Assembly: GCF_044704955.1 (NCBI RefSeq)
Contig: NC_091997.1
Coordinates: 64,790,001-64,854,000 of the forward strand
Source: Pristiophorus japonicus
Lineage: Eukaryota
Direction of reading: 5' to 3'
Length of the DNA: 64,000 nucleotides
A program made the position numbers and the translations under genes. Shown in pieces: positions 1 through 12,199 of the stretch. Below the pieces are notes generated by a model. It saw nothing but the letters and a program-made list of their open reading frames with translations. It made no database searches and was not told where the DNA came from. How positions within the stretch are numbered: the stretch's first letter is position 1; each line of letters starts with the position of its first letter.

Positions 1-2050
1 ACAGTGCAGCGCTCCCTCAGTACTGACCCTCTGACAGTGCAGTGCTCTCTCAGTACTGCCCCTCCGACAGTGCGGCGATCCCTCAGTACTGCCCCTCCGA
101 CAGTGCAGCGCTCCCTCAGTACTGCCCCTCTGACAGTGCAGTGCTCCGTCAGTACTGCCCCTCCGACAGTGCAGCGCTCCCTCAGTACTGACCCTCTGAC
201 AGTGCAGTGCTCCGTCAGTACTGCCCCTCCGACAGTGCGGCGCTCCCTCAGTACTGACCCTCTGACAGTGCAGTGCTCCGTCAGTACTGCCCCTCCGACA
301 GTGCGGCGCTCCCTCAGTACTGCCCCTCCGACAGTGCGGCGCTGCCTCAGTACTGCCCCTCCGACAGTGCTGCGCTCCCTCAGTACTGACCCTCCGACAG
401 TGCAGCGCTCCCTCAGTACTGCCCCTCCGACAGTGCGGCGCTCCCTCAGTACTGCCCCTCCGACAGTGCGCCGCTCCCTCAGTACCGCCCCTCCGACAGT
501 GCGCCGCTCCCTCAGTACTGCCCCTCCGACAGTGCAGCTCTCCCTCAGTACTGCCCCTCCGACAGTGCAGCGCTCCCTCAGTACTGCCCCTCCGACAGTG
601 CAGCGCTCCCTCAGTACTGCCCCTCCGACAGTGCAGCGCTCCGTCAGTACTGCCCCTCCGACAGTGCGGCGCTCCCTCAGTACTGACCCTCCGACAGTGC
701 GGCGCTCCGTCAGTACTGCCCCTCCGACAGTGCGGCGCTCCCTCAGTACTGCCCCTCCGACAGTGCGGCGCTCCCTCAGTACTGCCCCTCCGACAGTGCG
801 GCGCTCCCTCAGTACTGACCCTCCGACAGTGCGCCGCTCCCTCAGTACTGCCCCTCCGACAGTGCGGCACTCCCTCAGTACTGACCCTCCGACAGTGCGC
901 CGCTCCCTCAGTACTGCCCCTCCGACAGTGCAGCGCTCCCTCAGTACTGACCCTCTGACAGTGCAGTGCTCTCTCAGTACTGCCCCTCCGACAGTGCAGC
1001 GCTCCCTCAGTACTGCCCCTCTGACAGTGCAGTGCTCCGTCAGTACTGCCCCTCCGACAGTGCAGCGCTCCCTCAGTACTGACCCTCTGACAGTGCAGTG
1101 CTCCGTCAGTACTGCCCCTCCAACAGTGCGGCGCTCCCTCAGTACTGCCCCTCCGACAGTGCGGCGCTGCCTCAGTACTGCTCCTCCGACAGTGCTGCGC
1201 TCCCTCAGTACTGACCCTCCGACAGTGCGGCACTCCCTCAGTACTGACCCTCCGACAGTGCGCCGCTCCCTCAGTACTGCCCCTCCGACAGTGCAGCGCT
1301 CCCTCTGTACTGCCCCTCCGACAGTGCGGCGCTCCCTCAGTACTGCCCCTCCGACAGTGCACACTCCCTCAGTACTGCCCCTCCGACAGTGCAGCGCTCC
1401 CTCAGTACTGACCCTCTGACAGTGCAGTGCTCTCTCAGTACTGCCCCTCCGACAGTGCAGCGCTCCCTCAGTACTGCCCCTCCGAAGTGCGGCGCTCCCT
1501 CAGTACTGCCCCTCCGACAGTGTGCCGCTCCCTCAGTACTGCCCCTCCGACAGTGTGCCGCTCCCTCAGTACCGCCCCTCCGACAGTGCGGCGCTCCCTC
1601 AGTACTGCCCCTCCGACAGTGCGCCGCTCCCTCAGTACTGACCCTCCGACAGTGCGGCGCTCCCTCAGTACTGCCCCTCCGACAGTACGTCTCCCTCAGT
1701 ACTGCCCCTCCGACAGTGCGCCGCTCCCTCAGTACTGCCCCTCCGACAGTGCGCCGCTCCCTCAGTACTGCCCCTCCGACAGTACGTCTCCCTCAGTACT
1801 GCCCCTCCGACAGTACGTCTCCCTCAGTACTGCCCCTCCGACAGTACGTCTCCCTCAGTACTACCCCTCCGACAGTACGTCTCCCTCAGTACTGCCCCTC
1901 CGACAGTACGTCTCCCTCAGTACTGCCCCTCCGACAGTACGTCTCCCTCAGTACTGCCCCTCCGACAGTACGTCTCCCTCAGTACTGCCCCTCCGACAGT
2001 ACGTCTCCCTCAGTACTACCCCTCCGACAGTACGTCTCCCTCAGTACTGC
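1..2050. repeat. 33-bp minisatellite (CTCCCTCAGTACTGCCCCTCCGACAGTGCGGCG), roughly 60 copies, running off the window start; switches to a 31-bp variant near 1680-2045
   Basis: Tandem unit directly visible; explains the STAPPTVRRSL ORFs at 4-2102. Confidence 0.97.
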
Positions 2051-2160
2051 ACTGGGAGTGCCAGTCTATATATTATGCTCAAGTCTTTGGAGTAGGGCTT
2101 GAGCCCACAACCTTCTGACTCAAAGACAAGAGTACTACCGGCTGAGTCACAGCTGACACC
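2041..2160 (-). mobile_element. tRNA-derived 5' head of a SacSINE1/Deu-like SINE into which the minisatellite is embedded
   Basis: Reverse complement reads GGTGTCAGCTGTGACTCAGCCGGTAGTACTCTT...GGGCTCAAGCCC (A/B-box-like); the same head is at 55005-55118. Confidence 0.75.
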
Positions 2161-3076
2161 TTCAGTTCGGAAGCAACGTGCTGTCAGATATGGTAATGAG
2201 GCATAAAGGCAGGAGGCCCCAGGATCAGTCCCTGGTCTGGTCTGAGTTTGATACCAGCCAGGGTGCTGGTGGCATGCCGACTAACTTCGCTGAGCTGGAG
2301 TGCAGGAGAATGATGCAGAGTCAGGGACCATTATTCAGTGAGTGCTGCTGGACAGACGGTGTGTACGCTTTGGGTGAGGGCAGGATTGGCTTTGGCCATG
2401 AACCCTTCATGGGCAAACAGTGGAGAGCGGTCACTTGGGAGTGCTGTGGACACCTGTGGAAGAACACCCCAGCCGGGCGATGGTGGTTTGCGGAGAGATG
2501 GGGAAAAGAGACTCGAGAAATTGGGAAAAATAATCTCCCTGTATCTGTTGTTGCTCATTGCCTTTCAGCTACAAGCTGCCTTCCTTGGCCGAATTTTCCA
2601 TTTCCTCACAGTCACAACTACCTGTGGGTACACAAATACATCAATGCATTGATAATATTAATGTAAGGTTGTCTGCTGCAAAACTCCTGGTTTAAATTAC
2701 TTGTATTTTTATCTAATTATGTGTATTGTGGCTCATTCCCTTCCAATTAGTATACAATGGAAAAGTAATATATCCATATATTCATTACCTGATAATTACT
2801 GTGATCAGCAAACCTTGAATCATAATCAGGTACTTTGCAAACCGATATCGGTTATGAATTCCAACAGTAATTACTAATGCAGCAGCAATATGTAATTATA
2901 GTGTTAGACTGAAACTGGAGATGCAGGTTAACTGTTATAAGGAGGTTTCTGAACTTTTGTCTCTTGTTCTATCGAAGCCATGAGATCCCCGCTCCCTCCC
3001 TGTCCTACACGCTCTTCCTCCTCCCTCCATCCTCATCATTGCACCATCTCCGACTCTAACTCATCGGCAGAGGGTT

Positions 3077-3555
3077 AGAACCATAGAACGGTTGCAGCAG
3101 AGAGGGAGGCCATTCGGCCCATCGAGCCCGTGCCGGCTCTCTGCAAGAACACCTCAGCCAGTCCCACTCCCCCACCCTTTCCCCATAGCCCGGCAAATAT
3201 TTTTCCTTCAGGCACTTATCCAATTCCCTTTTGAAAGCCATGATTGAGTCTGCCTCCACCACCCTCTCAGGCAGCGCATTCCAGATCCTAACCACTCGCT
3301 GCGTAAAAAAGTTTTTCCTCATGTCGCCTTTGGTTCTTTTGCCAATCGCCTTAAATCTGTGACCTCTGGTTCTCGACCCTTCCACCAATGGGAACAGTTT
3401 CTCTCTCTCTACTCTGTCCAGACCCCTCATGATTTTGAACACCTCGATCAAATCTCCTCTCAACCTTCTCTGCTCCAAGGAGAACAACCCCAGCTTCTCC
3501 AGTCTATCCACGTCACTGAAGTCCCTCATCCCTGGAACCATTTTCGTAAATCTTT
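3077..3555 (-). mobile_element. CR1 LINE 3' fragment
   Basis: ORF 3056-3667 contains RLEKLGLFSLEQRRLRGDLIEVFKI...KNFFTQRVVRIWNALP (CR1 ORF2 C-terminus) followed by the 3' tail. Confidence 0.9.
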
Positions 3556-4994
3556 TGAGCGTTCGTATTCTTGGATGGGTGGGCATGGGGCTGCCTTTGT
3601 CCTCCTTACAGCGGAACCCACCGGCGGAGGGTTGGGCAATGTCAGGCCGTAGCAAGCATTGCAGCAACCCTCAGGTTAGAGGGTCTGGGATCTGGGGGTG
3701 GGGGGGGGCGGGGGTTGGGGGTGGACCAGGGGTTCCAAGGATTGGTAGAGGTGGACCTTGGGGCCGATTGGGGTGTCCAATTGGAATTGGGGAGCAGCAG
3801 CGATCAGGTGGGTGGTTAAATGTGCGGATGGGAGAAGCAGTACTGCTCATCCCGACTCCATATTCAGTTAAGCTACTTGCCTTCTCTGTTGCAGGTGATC
3901 CCTAGGGCTGGTTTGCCCAGAATTTGCTGCCTCAGTGAAACCAATCTTGGAGAGGGGACCATTTATTTGGATAATGCCTGCTTCAGAGAGTAAAGGACCA
4001 CGCTTGCTTGTCCTTACCCAATATGGCGGCCGGCGCACTTCTGGCTGGAAATGTGCGCGCACTTCCTGGCCGCCATGTTGGGGCTTTCGGAATCTGAGTA
4101 GCGCCTCAAAGTCTGACGCTGTGCAGACCAATATCTCAGGACCTCAAAACTGTAGAAATCCTCAGCTCCTTCAGTGTTCCCTTTCTCCTCCAGCTAAGCA
4201 CTGTTTCCCGATCTCCCTCATCCCGGGTGCTCTTTGGAACCTTGCTCCCTTGGCTTTGGCCCTTCACCTGCACTTCAGGCAAGAAATTCCCGCATAAACT
4301 TACAGGTGTGTTTTAAGTTACAACATCTCCCAGTTTGTGGCCACTGAAGATTATTTGCAACATGAATCGAACAGCCATTCTCCTCGCTTTGGTGTGCGGT
4401 TGTTCAGACTACAGCTGCACTATACACTAATTCAACACATTAAAACCTTCCTTCTCAGTTTTGCAAAGGCTAATCTGTTAGTTGTTCAATTAAATGGATT
4501 AATTTCACATCTCATTATTTCCTCTACACCACCGAGACTAGGCAGTGAAAATGTCACACCAATGTTCTTCAAATGTCTTATGTGATCCCCAGGCGAGAGT
4601 AAGGCAACTCCCCACCGCTGCAGTGTAGAACAGCTTCAGCAACGCAGTGACAATCCCAATGCAACCTCTCCCAACAGTACTGTTTCAATGGAAGTTTCAG
4701 CACTGATTGACCAGTCCAGACCATCCTGCCAACCACTGCATCCTCACTATCTTCAAATCAAGTTCCGTCACACCATCGCACCATCACTCACTCTTTCTCA
4801 GCTCCTTAAATCAATGAACTCCTAATCCCTTGGTCTTCTTCCTACAATGCACTGCTTCAAGCAACTTTCTTCTCGTTTTCCTCTGAAGATCCAAATACTC
4901 CACCTTACACACTCTTCTTCCCCTCCCTGCCTACATTCTCACCATAGTCAAATCATGACTCAAAGCCCAGTCTCCTACTGTCAAAACCATAGGA

Positions 4995-5785
4995 TGTCTG
5001 ACCTCGCTCAGTCTGACCTCCCTCAGTGACCTCGCTCACTCTGACCACCCACACTCTGACCTCCCACACTCTGACCTCCCACACTCTGACCTCCCTTGCT
5101 CTGACCTCCCTCGCTCTGACCTCCCTCAGTGACCTCCCACATTCTGACCTCCCTCAGTGACCTCCCACACTCTAACCTCCCTCGGTCTGACCTCCCTCAC
5201 TCTGACCTCCCTCACTCTGACCTCCCTCAGTGACCTCACTTAGTGACCTCCCATACTCTGACCTCGCTCAGTGACCTCCCTCAGTGACCTCCCACATTCT
5301 GACCTCGCTCAGTGACCTCCCACATTCTGACCTCCCTCAGTGACTTCGCTCAGTGACCTCCCACACTCTGACCTCGCTCAGTGACCTCCATCACTCTGAC
5401 CTCGCTCAGTGACCTCCCTCACTCTGACCTCCCTCAGTGACCTCCCACACTCTGACCTCCCACACTCTGACCTCCCTCAGTAACCTCGCTCAGTGACCTC
5501 CCACACTCTGACCTCGCTCAGTGACCTCCCACTCTGACCTCCCTCACTCTGACCTCCCTCAGTGACCTCCCACACTCTGACCTCCCACAGTGACCTCAAT
5601 CAGTGACCTCCCACACTCTGACCTCGCTCAGTGACCTCCCTCACTGACCTCCCAAACTCTGACTTCCCTCACTCTGACCTCCCTCAGTGACCTCCCTCAG
5701 TGACCTCCCACACTCTGACCTCACTCAGTGACCTCCCTCACTCTGACCTCCGTCGGTCTGACCTCCCACACTCTGACTTCCCTCT
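4995..5785. repeat. Degenerate short-period tandem repeat built on (CTC)TGACCTCCC(A/T)CA, units of about 11-15 bp
   Basis: Directly visible repeated TGACCTC core. Confidence 0.92.
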
Positions 5786-6895
5786 GCCTTGCTTTCCTCC
5801 TACAACCCAAAGGCTTTGAAATTCCAAGTTTGGTGTCATCCAATCAATATTTCCTTATTTATGTAACGTTCTTCATTTTTTTTTCATTTTCAAATTCCGC
5901 GGTTTCTAATGGGCCTCTCACTTGGCCTGGGCCAAGAAATCATCTCCACCAATGACATTGGAAATCTAAAAAACCCAAGTCAGAGATGTTTCAGCTCACA
6001 TATTCACGGTATCTCATGGACCGGATCATCTTGTTATCAATTTGAACTTCCCATTTAATGATCCCAACAACCACGTCTTGTTGTGCCAATCCATTTGAAA
6101 GCCACTTGCGTGATGTGCAATTAACTGAGTTCACAGATAAAAGGGCCAACTTTCAATGAACCGCTGATGATCTCTGCAGCAGTGCCCTCAATGGTTCAAT
6201 TGGTAAGAACACTGTCGTTACCCTTCCACTTCGCCCCAACCATTGGCAACCAAGCCTTCGGCTGTCTCGATCCCAGTGTCCAAAACTCCCTCCCGGAACC
6301 CTCCCACCCTTTCCACCTCCCACTTGTCCTTTAAGACCCTCCTTAACACCTACCTCCGACCGAACATTTGAGGACCCCTACTAATCGCCCCTCTTTCGTC
6401 TTGCCGTCCATTTACTTCAAGGCCCTGTGAAGCACCATGGGACATTCTGGCACATTAAAGGTGCACATTCAATCCTTGTCCTGTACTGACGGCTTATTCC
6501 AACAAGGGTGCAGCCGGGGGCATGAGGTAGAGGCCTTCAATCGGCCAGATTGGAAAGTGCCAATGTTGGGATGAGGACAGGATTGGAGAAGCTGTGAAGC
6601 TATCCCACGGTCAGATAGTCTGCTGACACTTGCTCTCGAGGCTCACTTGTGAAGAACAGATACAGGAGGGCAGCTGGTGCTCACGGAACCAGATCCCAGC
6701 AAGGGTCAGTGCCTTCAGGAACGGAGCAGGAGAAACAGTGGCCAAGGCAGTTGCAGGAGATAAACACTTTAGTGCAAGTTGGATGGGTGGAATACCTCAA
6801 TAAACCATTCCTTTGATGAGGAGAGACAGATAAGGGCCAACACAACAGTACATTTTTTTGCTAATGAGTAATAGAACTAATATCAGCATTCTCTC

Positions 6896-7365
6896 TCAGA
6901 CCAACATCCCCAGCATCGCGGCATTGACCACGCTCAATCAACTCCGATGGACGGGCCACAATGTCCACATGCCCGATATTGGACTCCCGAAACAAGCGCT
7001 CTGCTCCGAGCTCCATCACGGCAAGTGAGCCCCAGGTGGGCAGAGGAAACGTTACAAGGACACCCTCAAAGCCTCCTTGACAAAGTGCAACATCCCCACC
7101 GACACCTGGGAATCCCTGGCCCAAGGCCGCTCAAAGTGGGGGAGAAGCATCCGGGAAGGCGCGAACACCTCGAGTCTCTTTCGCCGGGAACACGCGGAGG
7201 CCAAGCGGAAACAGCGGAAGGAGCGCACGGCAACCCAAGCCCCCCACCCACCCGTCCCTCCAACCACCGTCTGTCCCGCCTGTGACAGAGCTTGTAGGTC
7301 CCGCATCGGACTCCTCAGTCACCTGAGAACTTATATTAGTGTGGAAGCACGTCATCCTCGAGAAG
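6896..7365 (+). mobile_element. RTE-clade LINE 3' fragment
   Basis: Translation KCNIPTDTWESLAQGRSKW...CPACDRACRSRIGLLSHLRT (RTE ORF C-terminal C2H2-like motif); tail GGAAGCACGTCATCCTCG; homologous to 61451-62030. Confidence 0.85.
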
Positions 7366-8187
7366 AAGATGAGAGCAATTTATTATCTATGTTTCTCTGG
7401 ATTGCACCATTACTGTTACCATAAAAAGCAACCAGAGGGGAAAGGTCAAATGGTATTTCTAGCGCAGCCTCACATCACCCGGTGGCACTGACCGCAAATG
7501 AATCTGTGAACAGATTGGAAATCTGTCTTGGCTGCTCATTACCTCATCACAGATCAAAATGCCTGGCACACATTCTCATCACTTGTCAAATATTCATTGA
7601 ACAGCAGGGGCTCCCCACTGAAATCTGCCATCTACACCTAATCCCTGGAAAGCTCTGATCTGGCACCAGCACCGACAGCAACTACTGATAGGCAGTGCAG
7701 CGTGTTGTGAGACCGTGCACACTGACAGTGTTCCCCGTTATCAGCTGCGGACCATTGGCCTACACTCCCAGTGACTCTGACACAATCCTGCAGCTCGGTC
7801 GTTCGATCATGGCGAGTCTCCACTATATTTCACGATCTGTCGCCTTTCCCGCTGCTTGATGTTCTAATCTACACTTCAGAGTTCAGACAGTGACTGAGCT
7901 TTGAAATGGGTCTTTGAAATAAAAAGTTCTTACAACTTTGTCCCTGGTCTGTGATTTGACTGCGTCAAAAGCAGGGAGCTGAGCAGTGTAGCTCAGACTC
8001 TGAAGGGAAAGTCTGCATTTTTCTAAGAGATAAAATTGACACCAAATATCTACTTTTTAAATAAAAGTCGACATCTCCACTCATGTGTCCCATGCTGTCA
8101 GACATTAGTTGTTCAGGTTTTCAATGAGTTTTCAGCAGCAATGATAAAATCCTCAGAAATCAAGCTCTGATTCTTCCCCTGATCCAC

Positions 8188-8690
8188 CCGTGCTGTACCT
8201 GCCCTGGGAGTGTTTGATGGGACAGTGTAGAGGGAGCTTTACTCTGTATCTAACCCCATGCTGTAGCTGCCCTGGGAATGTTTGATGGGACAGTGTAGAG
8301 GGAGCTTTACTCTGTATCTAACCCCGTGCTGTACCTGCCCTGGGAGTGTTTGATGGGACAGTGTAGAGGGAGCTTTACTCTGTATCTAATACCCTGTACC
8401 TGCCCTGGGAGTGTTTGATGGGACAGTGTAGAGGGAGCTTTACTCTGTATCTAACCCATGCTGTACCTGCCCTGGGAGTGTTTGATGCGACAGTGTAGAG
8501 GGAGCTTTACTCTGTATCTAACCCCGTGCTGTACCTGCCCTGGGAGTGTTTGATGCGACAGTGTAGAGGGAGCTTTACTCTGTATCTAACCCCGTGCTGT
8601 ACCTGCCCTGGGAGTGTTTGATGGGACAGTGTAGAGGGAGCTTTACTCTGTATCTAACGCCGTGCTGTACCTGACCTGGGAGTGTTTGAT
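8188..8690. repeat. 67-68-bp minisatellite (GTGCTGTACCTGCCCTGGGAGTGTTTGATGGGACAGTGTAGAGGGAGCTTTACTCTGTATCTAACCCC), about 7 copies
   Basis: Tandem unit directly visible; same unit at 56716-59655. Confidence 0.95.
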
Positions 8691-9069
8691 AGCGCAAGGG
8701 GATTTTCTCTTCTGGTGCAAGTCATGTTTTGGAGTTTAATGGGTGCTAACGCCACCTGAGTGGTAATAGCACTTGAATATCTCATTCAGCTCGTTCACAT
8801 CATTATTCACAGATGCAGGTGTGTGGGGCCCCTTAAACGTAAGGAGCACAATTGTGGTGGGAATGAAAAATGCGTTTAAGTGAAATTTAAAGTAATGGGG
8901 ACATTGAACGAGGATTGTCACAATGTGGGACACAAATTCTGAACGCCTTCAGAAAGGCTTATCCCATTGGCAGACTTCGTCATGGATGGAGGGGCAGGGG
9001 ATTCAGAAGTGAGGGCTAACAATGAAGAGAGAGGATGCCCCATGTGCAAGTTTGAGGACGTGGCGTGTT

Positions 9070-10545
9070 GGTTCTGGACTGGCTGACAGCCAGCCCAATG
9101 GGGCATTGTAGCAGTTCCAGGGACTGGCAACAAGTGGACAGTGGTGTCCCTCAGGGCTCCGTGCTGGGAGCACTGATGTTCACCATTTCCATAGATGACT
9201 TGGAGAAAGGCGACTGGATTGGACGTCACCAAAATCCAGGTCGGTGATTGGAGCGTGGGCAGGTACAGCAGGAGCGGCGAGGTCAGGGCAAAGGGGCAGC
9301 GAGAGATTGTAGAGGGACGTGATCGGGGCCCAGGAGAGGCGAGGGCCCAGGGGCAGCACGGGGCCAGCCCACATTGCGATGTGTGCGCGCACTAGGTCCG
9401 TGCAGCAGAGCTGGTCTCCTGTCATCTTGGCTCATCCTTGTCACTGGACCAAGACCTTGCTCTGTCAACTACGTGCAACGGCCACCACACATTAAAAAAA
9501 ATCCACGCACAGGCATCTTCCACCCTTCAGGATGTAGTTCGGGATCTGGAATATTAGGTCCTTCATTGAAACACCTGTGAACTCATCCTTTTTTTTTGAG
9601 CGGAAGCAAGTCATCCTCGATACGAGGGGTCGCCTAAGAAGAAGAGAAGGGATGATTTGGAGTCAGGAATTGGAGGTATGGTGTTGAATTTTGCAGATGG
9701 TACCAAACTGGGCGGTTGCTAATAACGTGGAGGACTGCATCAAAATACCAGCAGGTGAACAGGCCTGCAGAGTGAGCGGATAAATGGCAAATTAAATTCA
9801 ATATGACAAATTGTGAGGTGATTAATTTTGGTAGGAGGAATAAGGAGGCCACTTATTCTTTGGAAGATAGAAACTAAATGGGGAAGAGCAGCAAAGAAAT
9901 CTGCGAATGTAGATACATGAATCACTGAAAGCAGCAACACAAGTCGATAAAGAGTGCAGGCAAAGTACTGGGAGGTCATTTCTGGAGGAACAGAATACAA
10001 GAGGAGGGTCATGTTAAATTTATATCGACTCTCAGCTGGACCACACTTGGGAGTACTGTGTGCAGTTCGGGTCTCCATACAACAAAAAGGATATTGAAGC
10101 ACTGGAGAAAGTGCAGAAGGGATTTACAAGGATTTTATCAGAGTTGAGAGGATGCACCTATCGTGGCAGATTGAGCAGGCTGGGATGCTTTCATCTGGAA
10201 AAGAGAAGACTGAGAGGAGACTTGAAGGCGTTCACGAGGGTGGATACGGAGAAATGTGTTTCCACTTGTGGGTGAGACCAGAACAAGGGGTCTAAATGTA
10301 AAAGAGCCACTATCAGCTCGTGGAGGAATTTCTTTAGCCAGAGAGTGGTGAGAATGTGGAATTCGCTGTCACAGTGAGTGGTTGAAGCAGAGAGCATTGA
10401 TGCATTTAAGGGGAGGGGGGCTGACCCATAGATGAGGGAAAAGATAATAGAACGATGTGGGGGCAGGGCGGGAAGGGGTAATTCGAGTGTGTGGAGCAGA
10501 AGCACTGGCACTGTTTAATGGGCCTGTTTCTATGCTGTATAGTGT
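9070..10545 (+). mobile_element. Old, decayed CR1 LINE (RT region to 3' end), interrupted by the element at 9211-9648
   Basis: Fragments SGVPQGSVLG..FTISIDDLE and QFGSPYNKKDIEALEKVQK..EKRRLRGDL. Confidence 0.8.
9211..9648 (+). mobile_element. Non-coding short retroposon with an RTE-type 3' tail (probable non-autonomous RTE derivative)
   Basis: Ends GGAAGCAAGTCATCCTCGATACGAGG...(AAG)n, like the RTE tail near 7340; an inverted partial copy is at 39070-39335. Confidence 0.6.
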
Positions 10546-11631
10546 ATGTCTGTAATTCTATTTTTCTGTCAATCATACACTGTTGGCGTTTTGCCGTCTT
10601 ATTACGTTGTTGGCTTGTGTTTGTAACAGTAGCTCTGTTGGTGTGGACAATGACTCACTGCACTTCATGCTGACATGTGATAATGCTAACACTACAAGGG
10701 TTGCTATAGTGACCGCACAGCTGTTGGTTAAGAAATAGTTTTCAGCTTATTACCAGGAGACTCGACACTCGCAGAATCCTATTCCAACCAATTGTTCTCC
10801 TGGTCTGCCTTGCAGCCACCATCTCTCCACAGATTAGGAGGTCCCATAGGCACCAGAGCCCTCCAGCTCCTCACCCGCACAGCCATGCTTCATGCTGAGT
10901 GTTTATGGGTCATTCTCACACAGTGGGCAACGCAGCTGGACCTGACCCTGTCCTCATCCAATATGCACAAGCACACAGTTCCCAATTCCCTCTTCATCCT
11001 ATGGTGTGAAAGCAGTGGATTGATTGCCCCCTCTCTAACCCAGAGAACGGAGACCAGTAGTAGGGCTGCTGATACCTTTCTGAGATCATAGAACAACATA
11101 TTTCTGTCTCTTTTTGAATGTCCGCTCTTTCATCTGTCTTTATCCCTTTCTATTTCCCATCAGTTTCCCGTCTTTACTCTCTGACAATGGCCCGATATAA
11201 TTACCGACATGGGGATGAGTAGAACAGGTATCCTTCAGAGTGCTGATCGCAATCAAGCCTGGCACCAAGTGCTTTGAACACATGTTGCCCAGGACACAGC
11301 AAATAACGAGCACCCATTGGCACAGCCCCTGAAAGATCATAGTCCTCTCGACACAAATGCCCTTGGTGCTAGTTGTTGGGTTAAAGCACCAGGGCTGAGC
11401 TCTTGTTGGGGTGTTCCCCTGGTTTGTCTCCAATTGCAGGTCTTCACTTGTAATACCCAGCAACACCAAACAACAAACAAAACTCCTCTGAATGACGGAA
11501 TATTTCCAACAGCCAAGCTCTCTGTGATGTGCCTGTGCCCAATAATCCCACAGGGTGGATTTGATAACAGTGGGACAACTCTGCACAATTTGTACCTGTG
11601 CAGATATAACAAGTTACATCTTCTACTTTGT

Positions 11632-12190
11632 GCATCTCTGGCCCTGTCTCAGCTGTTGCTGAAACCCTCATCCATGTCTTTGTTACTTCCAGACGCATCT
11701 ATTGCAATGCTCTCCTGGCCAGCCTTCCATCTTACAGCCTGCGTAAACCACAGCTCATCCAAAATTCAACACCCGTATTCTAACTCGCACCGAGTCCTGC
11801 TCACCCTTTGCTCTCTGACCTACATTGGCTCTCGGTCCAACAACCCCTCAAATTTAAAATTCTCAACTTCGTTTTCAAATCTCTCCACGGCCTCGCCCCT
11901 CCCTATCTCTGTAATCTCCTCCAGCCTCACAACCCCCCCCCGGCCCCCCCACCCGCGATATCCGCTCCTCTAATTCTGGCCTCTTGTCCATCCCCCACTC
12001 CCTTCGCTTCACCATTGGCGGCTGTGCCTTCAGCCATCTGGGCCCTAAGCTGTGGAATTCCTTCTCTAAACCCCTCTGCCTCACTTCGTCTCTCTCCTCC
12101 TTTAAGACACTCTTTAAAACTTATCTCTGACCAAGTTTTGGGTCTCCTATCATAATATCTCTTCATGTGGATCAGTGTCAAATATTGTTT
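11632..12190 (+). mobile_element. L2 LINE 3' fragment; its tail continues at 12990-13040 and 17793-17810
   Basis: LSDLHWLSVQQPLKFKILNFVFKSLHGLAPPYLCNLL is the L2 ORF2 C-terminal motif. Confidence 0.85.
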
Positions 12191-12199
12191 GATACATTT

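Noticed and set aside
1-2050. CRISPR-like regular repeats (also the 68-bp arrays)
   Set aside because: Units are contiguous with no unique spacers, there are no cas genes, and the context is a vertebrate genome.
4-2102. Long mucin-like ORFs (471, 237 and 222 aa), and similar ORFs at 38366-38870 and 54165-55056
   Set aside because: The 33-bp unit is a multiple of three and lacks stops; the arrays lie inside SINEs, with no real start or splice context.
2041-2160. tRNA gene (also 12900-12985 and 55005-55118)
   Set aside because: A/B-box-like heads run directly into SINE bodies; no intact cloverleaf is evident.
3560-4280. Possible decayed MITE with an internal hairpin (CCAATATGGCGGCC..GGCCGCCATGTTGG at about 4017-4082)
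   Set aside because: Termini and TSD could not be defined with confidence.
6500-6745. Old SINE-like interspersed repeat, with possible relatives near 10790-11070, 33380-33560 and 51000-51160
   Set aside because: Too diverged to delimit or name by eye.
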